Positions 1 through 9,594 of a DNA stretch of 38,878 nt are shown here, one piece after another. The notes below the pieces were generated by a model that was given only the letters and a program-made list of their open reading frames with translations, ran no database searches and had not been told where the DNA came from. The position numbers were made by a program, and so were the translations under genes. This DNA is from Gonapodya sp. JEL0774 (lineage: Eukaryota): assembly GCA_027604505.1 (NCBI GenBank), contig JADIIX010000175.1:1-38878 (forward strand), written 5' to 3'. The first letter of the stretch is position 1; every line of letters begins with the position of its first letter.

Positions 1-141
1 TTGGGGGTGGAGTTGCCGCGTGTTGCCGGGTGAGTTGTGTCGTGTCGCTCTCCCCTCTCCCCTCTCTCTGACCCTCTGGGCCGGCCCGCCCCCCGGGGGC
101 CCCCCCCCCCCCCCCCCCCCCCCCCTCCAACTTTTTCCTTT

Positions 142-2959
142 TCACGCGCTCTTTGTGCCCGCCCCCGTACCCCCGGCGAGCCACGACTCGATGGCCTCGT
201 TCACCTCGGATGGTCTCTCGTGCGCGACCCAATGGCCGGCGTTTTTGATTTCCTGTGAGGCCCAAAGCGCGCGTGAGGACGAGTTCCACGCGGCATGAGG
301 TAGGGGCAGAGGTTAAGGGAGAGCGGGGAGTGGGGAGCGGTGAGCGGTGTGAGAAAAGGTACCACGTCGCCAACGTCGGGACGTCAACTCGGAAACGGAA
401 AGCGCAGCTGTTCAGCCCACCTTGAGCGTCAATTTGGGAACCAGGAGTTTCATGGCTTCGAGAAAGGGCTGGATTCGGTACGCGTGTGACGTGAAGTGAA
501 GTTAAAAACGGGGGAAGAGCACAGAGGACCGAGTCCCGCGACACGAGTCGGTCAGACAGTAGAACGGGAAATGGAACACGGAGAGCGGCAAGATACTCAC
601 TCCGCTCGAGAAAGGGTCCTACGCCGACGATCGGAGGGTGGGAGACGAGACGAAGAAACAAATAGGAAACGAAACAAAATACTCGGTAAGCACCTCCACC
701 GTACCACCCCCTGCCCCTACCGCAACCCACATGTTCCGCCCCGACGAACAACGTCTCCACGTCCAGTCTCCTCTCCACGTCCTTGAACTCGTCGAACGAG
801 GCTTCGCCCATGCGGTACCATTGGAGGGGGCCGTTGAGGCCGCCAATGGAGCGGTAGAAGGAAACATAGGCTTGTTTTTCCTTTTGGGGGTGGCGGGAAG
901 GTGTGGGTAGGGTGTAACGAGCGGCACTCCCGAGAAACAAGATCACCTTACCTTATCCGACATCAGCGTCGACGGCGGCACGTCTTTAAAGAGATCGAAC
1001 AACCCGTTCCCCTCCTCTGGTCCCACGCGAGCCAACAGCCCCGCCGAAACACCGGCACCTTCACCGCCCGGTCTGAAAAACAGGTCCACGAATTCGGCGG
1101 TGCGGGAGTTGAGGTCGTGCTCGGCCTTGTCGGTAGAGAAGTAGAGCTGGTAGCGGAGGATGGGGAGGGACTGGGCTTGAACGGCGAGGGGAACTTGAGG
1201 GTACCGGTGCGAGGGGGGTAAAGAGAAGGGTACGGGAGGGAGAAGGCAGCGAACAAGGTAAGGTACGTTGGGGAGGTACAGCATAGCGGATGGCAAAACG
1301 CAGGTCAAAACGTACCATACTCTGCCGGCGGCGGCAAGTAGGGTATGGTGAGGAGGATCAGGCGGTCGAGACGGGCGGGGTACTTGACCGCGAAGCGTTG
1401 GGCCAGGAGGGAGCCCCTGCGGGGGAGGATGGGGGACGGGGAGGTAGGGAGTTGGGGAGGTGGAAAGGGGGGAAGAGGGGTTGGGGTTTAGCTTTACATG
1501 TACACGCAATGGTCAAACGTGTCCGTTTCTCCGCTCTCATGTGGAACCGCTTCAAGGGGCGAACTGGTCGATATGGGCCCAGTATGCACCGCAACAAGTC
1601 TCTTTCGGCGGGGTAAGCCCGCACCATCTCGGCACCACTCGTGGTGCAGGCGCCAGCCGACGCACCACACCCCCACCCCCCCCAAAACACCCACCAATCG
1701 TGCGCCACGACCACGCATCTCTCAACACCTAAGTGTTCCAAGAGCGCGTCCAAGTCCGCGGCGGCTTTCCCGTACGAGAAGTAGGCGAGTCTAGTGTCCC
1801 GGTCGGATTCGGAGGCTTTGGGTTCATTGCCGTTGTCTGAGGAGCAGGGAGAGCGGATAGCAGAGAAGAATGAGGGGGTGAGGTTGAGAAGGGGAGGGTG
1901 ACTGGACCGGAGGAGTCTCTGCCGGGGGGGCAAGTCCGCACGTAAGTCCATACGGACCGCAGCTCTCTCTCACGGCGGGACAAGCCCGCGCACAAGTCAC
2001 CTAACGCCCTCCGACCTCAAGGGGTCAAGTTATCCATACGGTCCATTTGGCCCATATGGGATCGCTCGTTCTACCGGCGGGCCGGGGCACTGCCCACACC
2101 AAAGTGCGCACAAAGTCGTCTCACGGCGGGGTCGGGGCAAGCCCACACCATCTCGCCAACGCTCGCGCGGGCGAGCCGGCAAAGCGTGCGTCCCAAAAGG
2201 GTCCACTGGGCCCCACACGGACCGCACCGCTCGCTCTGGACCGTCTGTCCTTTGGTGCAACCCCCGCCTTATCTCGCCTCGGCCCGTCCATCCCCTCTCC
2301 CCTCAGAAACGTGGTGGCTCTTTGATACCCTGTTGACGCAGATACGAATCCATGAGCGGGGTTTCAAACTTCCACGGAAGGGCTCTATCCATGGCGATGT
2401 CCGCATCCTGAAAAGTGCGGAACTCGTGTTGCTGAACAATTCCGTGAACTTTCTTCGTATAGTACTCGCGAGGAGCTCTCTTCCACAGTCGAATGCATTC
2501 TTGATTGCGTCCTCTCAAACAGGGCAATGACTGCGTTTTCGCTCGGAAGATTGATTTTCGTGGGCCAATCACCCCTCTCTGACCACGCCCCCCCGCGCCA
2601 TCAGCCCCACCACCACTCCCCCTCTCGCCCCAGCTACCTACATCCCCTCGTATTCGGCGCGACGCAGCGGTACCCCAGCTTCGCGAAATGGACGATCTGG
2701 TGTCTCCACTCGAACCAAAACTCGGGGAAGCCGTGGACGAAGAGAATTGTGCCCTTTTGTGGTACGCCTGTTGGGGGAGGGAGGTCCATGAAGTCTGGGG
2801 TGGGGAGAGGGGAAGAAGGGAAGGAGAGCTGGAGTGGGAAAAAGGGGGAGAGACGAGGGGAGCGTTCGGGGATTCGAACCCACGTGTGGTGATTCCGTTC
2901 GTGGGAGTTGACTTGAGCGGGGGGAAGGTGGAGATGTCAGTTGGGTCTGGGAGCGTCAT
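142..2959 (-). CDS. Soluble epoxide hydrolase-like alpha/beta hydrolase (multi-exon)
   Basis: Spliced minus-strand translation: MTLPDPTD...ILFVHGFPEFWFEWRHQ (HGFP oxyanion motif), YRCVAPNTRGY, VVVAHDWGS (nucleophile Asp), RYQLYF and PLQWYR (ring-opening Tyr), LFVGAEHDP (acid), NAGHWVAHERPSEVN (catalytic His). ATG at 2959, TGA at 142-144. Confidence 0.93.
1552..2230. repeat. Degenerate GC-rich repeat family in two epoxide hydrolase introns
   Basis: Related units ggcggg(N)aagccc(g/a)c at ~1607-1630, ~1974-1992 and ~2125-2155; shared tcaagggg at 1552 and 2018; shared cggaccgca at ~1953 and ~2218; shared caccatctcg at ~1622 and ~2146. Confidence 0.6.
2328..2524. other. Intronic foldback element (candidate structured ncRNA or decayed MITE)
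   Basis: Nested complementary blocks between the two ends: ccctgtt/aacaggg, gacgca/tgcgtc, gaatccat/atgcattc, ggaag-ggctc/gagc-tctcttcc. Internal hairpin tccgca-N10-tgcgga at 2400-2421. Confidence 0.45.
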
Positions 2960-4385
2960 CTCGAGTGATTCAAGCTGTGGTCGGGAAACACGGGGAAGCA
3001 CGCGAAAACACGGGAAACAAAAGAGAAAATGTCGAGTGGTCGAGTGGCCGAGTGCAGACAATCGAACGTGAATATCAACGAACACGGTCGGAACACTCAA
3101 GCCGACCAACACCCGGTGCTGTGGTCACGTGGTCAGCCCGCCATCCACGTTGTCCATTTCCCACGTAAAGTCGGCTACATAATTCCATTTCAGATGGTCG
3201 TCTTTATGTCGGCAGAAATTCAAAAAGAGCTATTACTAGACGAACTCTCTTATTAAATGCTGGTCGCCTGCGGCTCGCCCCGGCCGGGGCGAGACGAGCA
3301 AACGGCACCGTGCGTAGACGGAGAGACCAAGCAGACGAAAAAAAAAGTATGGGATTACTGTAAAAATGATTCTGAAACGGTTACACGAGGAGAAACGTCT
3401 CGGTGCTTCAGAGTGAACTCCGTTTTCGATTGCTCAGGCACGCCTCCAGGTTCAACCTTCGTCGACGACGAAAGAGCGTCATCGCCTACTGATCGCGACC
3501 CCTCCGATACCAATGGCGCTTTCGATATCTGTGAATGCCTCGCTCGGAGCAGCTTGCTTGGTTTCCGAAGTGTTCGATCGTATCGGGGTGCTGCCTCTCC
3601 GTTGTGGAAGAAGTGGTGCACCAGGCAGCACCCTCCAGTGGTTCATCTGACAAAAGTATCTGCACATCCGTAGACGCACCAGAGCTGGCGCAACTCCACG
3701 CGTTACAGAAATGGAGATCGGACGTGGTGGGTGCCGCTCAGCTGGTTTGGCAGACGCTGCGCGGTGATTTAGGAATTCTCGATTGACTTCTGTTGGCACT
3801 TTGCACACATTTTTTCCTCGCTATTTTCTTTTTGACGATTTTCGTGGGAAAGAAGCAAGTTACGACATGCACATATAATGGTATAAGACAGATGTGCTTG
3901 GAGAGGAAGCTCCTGTCGCTAGCAACCTGTAAGCAGCTTTAGATGGGTATCTGTCCCGTTGACTGAACACCGGTGGGTCAGTGCTGGGACGCGGGGTCGG
4001 CGCACCAACAATTATCTAGCGTGACGAAGAAACAGATTACAAGACAGATTTGCGAAGAGAGGAGTGATGTGCGCCCACCTATGAACTGTATCCGTTTTCT
4101 TTTTATCAAGCTTTCTTGGCTTGACGTGGTGTATCTCATTACAGTGTGTATTTCAAATCGACGGTCTTCCTTGCGCTCATGTGCAAGTGACCCCGTTTGT
4201 AGAGTGATAAAGTTACATCTGCACATGCTCCGAGATAATACGGGAGAGCAGCAAGTAAGTTCCGCCTTGCTGTGTTTGATCGCACTGTGGAGCCAATAAG
4301 CTCAACGGCAGCCCCCCTCAGTTCCGTTCAGCACATCCATCACCCTTCAACGTTTTCAGTCGCCGCCGTTTCTTTCCTGCGATCC

Positions 4386-7286
4386 ATGGACTTTCTCCGC
4401 AGTTTTGGTGTCTCGGCTTTACCCCGTTCTCCACATCATGGAAACAGTCTCTGCCGTGCCGGGGATGTCCGACCACCGGTGGTCACGAGTTCCTTGATCG
4501 GCCCCAAATGCCGTCGCCCAAACCGTCCAGGCACATTCAGAATGGTTTCGCAGACCACACATGTCGTCAGACGCTTCTCATCATCGGCGCGGGTGAAGGC
4601 TGGATGGGAAAATCCTCCCACGGAGTCCCAGAAACAGGGCAGAAACAACACATCCACTACCGGGACTGCTTCCACGAATGAGCACAAATTTTTCGGTTCA
4701 CATCTTTCAGGATCATGTCCAGACCTAGATAAAGTCGATACCGGGTCCTTGCCGGAAGTCTTTTCTGGCTCCACCACCCGGCAGCCGGTTGCGGCCAGCC
4801 TGTTCGGGCCTATATATCCAGGAGTCTCTGCCACAGAAGCAAAGACCATCAGTTTCGGCTCAAGATCTGGTTTTCGTCCTCGCACGATGTCCTCAGCTCA
4901 GGCGGCGAGGCGGGTCGAAGATGATTTTTATGGAGATGCCAGTGATGAGGGCAGCAGGGGCTCAAGACCTCTCATGTCCCCCCGAGAGGTTGGTTTTCAA
5001 TTCTTGCCTTGTAATTGCTCAGTAAATTCATGCTTTTGAGCTCTCTTGACTGACTTTAAATGTGCGCCCTTCGCCTCGCGAAACAGATTCGACAACATTT
5101 GGACTCGCACGTTGTAGCTCAAGACAAACTCAAGAAAGTCCTCTCTGTCGCTGTTCATAATCATTACACGCGCATCCTCTCCAATCTTGGACCACTCGAT
5201 GACGAATCATCGCCTCATCCACCTTCAGCGGGGACCGTATACACCGCTGTACCTCCGCCGCACATCGGAAACCCATCTCACCACCACCAACCACCCTCAA
5301 CTACACACCCCGCTTTCAATTTCCTGCCCGTCGAGCCAGGTGACGTGGACTTCCGCAATCCACCCACAAACCCATCGACTGTCCACCCCACTCCATTCGC
5401 ACAAGGATTCCGTATCCCTATTCGCGGCGCTCAACCGCCGCCTAACTCTACTTCACATCCGGGCTCTTCTCTTCCGCGACAGACAGTAGGGACCACCCAG
5501 AATCCAGCTGGGGGATACACTGTTCATCCTGGCAGTCTGTGGAGCGCCGCGTACAGAGGTGGTGGTCGAGTAGTGGAGCAGGACGAGTGGCAAGAAAGAG
5601 TGGCGCTAGATAAAAGCAATGTGCTCCTTGTCGGACCAACGGGATCTGGTGAGTGGCGACATGCTCGCTCTCGCTGACCGCAATCTTCCACCATTCAAAC
5701 TCCATACACACCGCATCGCATTCCAGGCAAGACTCTACTTGCGCGCACGGTCTCTAATCTCCTTCGCGTTCCTTTTTCCATGAACGATGCCACGCCTCTC
5801 ACGCAAGCTGGGTACGTCGGAGAGGATGTTGAGGCGTGTATATCGCGATTGCTCCAAGCGGCCGAATACGATGTGGCGAGGGCTCAAAGAGGAATTGTCT
5901 TCTTGGATGAAGTCGATAAGATCGCCAGGAGGGAGGGAGTTGGGATGGGGCAGGTGAGTACCAGATTTGAATCACAATTACGCTTTTTTCCCCCTCAATT
6001 TCTCCGCCACCACACTCTACACTTCAAAAATATTAATAGCGAGATGTCTCGGGTGAAGGCGTTCAGCAAGGCCTCCTGCGCATGCTCGAGGGCACCGTCG
6101 TCAATGTCTCGGTTAAGCCATCTGCTGGGCGTCGGAGCGCGAACGGGGCACCCGGTGGGAGCCAAGGTGGACAGGGTGAAACGTACGCGGTGGACACGAG
6201 TAACATTCTATTCATATGTAGTGGTGCGTTTGTCGGTCTGGAGAAAGTGAGTCTTACCCTCAAGCATCGTAAATCTGCGGTGCGTATGAATGACTTCCTA
6301 TATCGCCTTCCGGTCACCCGCAGATTATCGCCGAGCGTATCGGGAAACGTGGATCTATCGGCTTCGGGGCCACTGTTGTCGCTCAGGATAAGCTCGTTGT
6401 TGACCGAAACACACAGCATCATCACCGACACCATGGTCACGGGGTTAGTGGAGACGCAGGGAGATTTACCGTTGACAAAGAAGGAAAGACCGAAGAGAAT
6501 CTTTTGGATCTGGTGGAACCGGATGTAAGTTGGTTCCAGTATCGTCACAGGTTTCGGCAGTATCACAATGGACTGTGGTTGCTCCTACTGTTGTTCCAGG
6601 ATTTGATCAAGTTTGGTCTCATACCCGAATTTGTTGGTGAGCTCGTCCCGGGTTAAGGCATATTCCTCCAAACCGAGCTGACATTCTGGAATCTCGTAGG
6701 GCGTCTCCCCATCCTCGCGGCTGCTCGCCACCTATCCGTTTCTGATCTGGTTCGTATTCTGACTGAACCAAAATCTGCAATTGTGAAGCAGTATCAGGAA
6801 ATTTTCGCGAAAAATGGGGTGGGTTTGTTGTGCTCTTGTCCCGATGGGAAGTCTCATACAAGTCGGACTCGCAATTTCATTTTTCAGCTTACTCTCCACT
6901 TCACACCCGAGTCTCTTGAGAGCATTGCTCAGATTGCTCACACTAAGAAGACTGGCGCCCGCGGACTCAGGCGGATTATGGAGCACCTCCTCACAGACCC
7001 CATGTACGATCACTTTGGGACTTCGGCATCCCACGTGGTTGTCGACAGTGCAGCTGCGCGATCAGAACGGCCTGCTCAGGTGTTTTATGCTGGAGATGAA
7101 GCACGGGTCGATCAAGTTCTTCGGTCCGAGGGAGGTGGGGTGGAAGGGTTGAGAACAAAGGGAAGGAGGTTGAACATCACCGTGGAGACAAGAGGTGGCG
7201 AGAAGATAGAGTTGGGAGGTGGCATTAATTTGAGCGACGCGAATGTCGGTGGGAACAACTCCAGTGGGCGTTCGAGAGTCATCTAG
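4386..7286 (+). CDS. clpX: Mitochondrial ClpX AAA+ unfoldase (Mcx1-like), multi-exon
   Basis: [42 protein letters not shown] (Walker A, across an intron); [11 protein letters not shown] pore loop; [10 protein letters not shown] (Walker B); [37 protein letters not shown]. The N-terminus is Ser/Arg-rich and presequence-like; the start codon is approximate. Confidence 0.95.
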
Positions 7287-7353
7287 ACTCGGCACACATC
7301 ACAACCTTGCATAGAGCGCAGCATTGTACATTTGGTATATGAGCATTTACCGT

Positions 7354-9594
7354 CTAAATCTTTTTAAACCTCCATCGGGTTGATTTCCCCCACACGTAGA
7401 AAAGAGCAGAGTTTCCAGCTAACATTGTTAAGCCCCCGAACAGAATCATCTGCCGAGAAAAGCAGCGAGTCAGTCAATTATCCCGTCGAGTAACACTAGC
7501 AATGGTGTGCTTACAGGAACGAAATCAATTATTTTATTTCCATCTAGGTCGTATGTGGTATGAGAATCGAGAATTGCACCTAAACACCACATCGAGATCG
7601 TTCGATGAAGCTGACAATATGTACCCCCAACCATTTCCAGCACTCACCCGCGATCGGCGCTCCTCCAATGTTTCCAAACAAGGTGGCGGACATGACGATG
7701 CCAAGTCGAGCAGTCAGATTATCTCCTCCAAAGACGGAGGCAAGCATAGGGGGTTGGGACGACACGAATCCGCCGGCAAAAAAGCCTATGTGAACAAGAT
7801 GGTAGCGTTGGTGTGTGAGGCAAGGGTGTGCAGAAGAGGAAAGAGGGGCAGCAGAATACCGGTTCGGGGCAACAACTCACCGTAGCACATGCCGAGAACC
7901 AGGAGGCCACCGAACGATTTCGCGAGCGGCCAAAAGAGGCACACGATCGGGCAAGCGATTTGAGTGATGACGTACTGAAAGGGGGGAACTTTGTCGTCAC
8001 GTCGGCTCAAGCGAGAAAATGGTTTTTGATGGATTTTGGAGATCGTGTTCGCATACTCACGATGTTCAAGTAGCCGACCTTGTCCGCTGTATATCCCAGG
8101 ATGATTCTCCCGATAGCACTGCCCCCATTGGTCATACCCAAAATCAAGCTGGCTTTACCAGGATCGATGCCTTGACTTGTCGCGTAACTGGGCAAGTAAC
8201 TGGGTTTCGAGATAGAATCGACGTTGATCAGATCACCACTTATGCAACAACAAAAGTAAAAAAATGGGAAACAAGATGAATTTGTTAGGTACCTGAAGGG
8301 GAGAAAGAATCCAAAGAAGGCAACGAGTCCCGAGGCCCACAAGGCGACAAAGCGAGAATCTTGAAAGTCGGATTTGGCAGTTGTGAGCAGTGACACCCTC
8401 CGGGGATTGGGAGGTTGGATGGACTGGAAAAAGATGGCTCCGATGATACACGCTATGTTTAAAGTTTAATCGAAACAAAATACCAGTCGTTTGTTTTCAG
8501 AAAGAGAGCCTTTAAGAGCCCACACAACACGACGAGCATCACTCACTCGCCAGCATCATGAAACCCTCGATCCGAAGCGCCCACTGCCATCCATAAGTAT
8601 CCAGCAGACTCTGTGTGAGTACCGACATCGCGAGACCACCCGCACCGGAGCCTGCACTACACCGCAGTGTTACAAAGCGCCGCGTCGCCGGGTGCAGTAA
8701 TTTCGGGACAAGGGTTCGCTCACACTGCAAAGCCCAGCGCCAGCCCACGCATCTTACTGAAGTACTGTGCGACGATGTTGACGGCGGCCAAATACACAAA
8801 CACCTACAGACCGTGCGATGAACACAACGAGGAGTGGCATGTCTGTGTGCGCGGGGACCAACCACACCGTACCTCTCCGATGCCAAAAACAAAACCTTGG
8901 AAGACGATGGAGAACCCCACGTGAGGGCTGAAGCTGGCGATGATATAGCTGGCGCACTGGAGGGTTCCACCGAGCAGGGTGGAAATGCGGGGGCCCTTTC
9001 TGTCGACAAAGTGGCCGACGATGGGGGCGAACAGGGGGAAAGCAGTGCCGTTCATGGAGGATATGAAGGATAGGGTGGAGAACGAGGCCGAGGAAAAGGT
9101 GGATTGGAAATAAAAGTAGCGAATGTAGGTTCCGGCGCTGAACACGAGGGAAAATCAAGGATGTATGCGTTGGGGTCCGGTTGTGTGCAAGACGGGAACG
9201 AACGTGGTGTCCCCCACCAGTATTGAAGTCCGATGCAGGTGAAGAGTGTCAGGAAGGCCGCGAATGTGATCAACCAAGCGCGGAATCCACCGTCGGGATA
9301 GGTCAGTGTATCTGTGTACCCGCGAGCAGGCTTGACAACAACCACGACTGTAGCTCCCAGACCGTCCACCCCGTCGAAATCGATTCCACTTACCTTCATC
9401 ACGGAAGGATGCCGCGTTTCCACAGAGATAGAGACGGGCTCCTCCTCTGCAGTGGCTGTCCTCGTGTGCTCCGACATGGGTTCCCCTTTCGCGTTGTCGT
9501 GGACGGCAAGAGAAGATGGGACGAGAGGTGCTTCCGATCCGAGAGATTCCAAGCTCGGATCTAGCTCAGATTTCTCGGATGGTGGGTCCGCCAT
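7354..9594 (-). CDS. MFS monocarboxylate transporter family (MCT/MCH-like) permease, multi-exon
   Basis: YPDGGFRAWL (MCT signature), GHFVDRKGPR (motif A), QYFSKMRGLALGFAVAGSGAGG, YGWQWALR, IGRIILGYTADKVGYLN; last exon MILFGG...RFKKI-stop at 7354. Confidence 0.92.

Noticed and set aside
20..298. Poly-proline ORFs at the window start
   Set aside because: They result from the poly-C tract and overlap the last epoxide hydrolase exon on the opposite strand.
385..410. cggaaacg...gcag resembling SRP RNA helix 8
   Set aside because: It lacks the CAGG side of the symmetric loop and any surrounding long helix, and lies in a short intron.
2320..2345. ataccc-tgttga resembling part of a TPP riboswitch
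   Set aside because: No upstream CTGAGA and no downstream GATC...TAAT...GCG core; the host gene is unrelated to thiamine.
2862..2884. tRNA T-arm / B-box-like gtgggttcgaatcccc on the minus strand
   Set aside because: It coincides with the 5' splice site of epoxide hydrolase intron 1. The upstream sequence is coding exon and forms no acceptor, D or anticodon arms.
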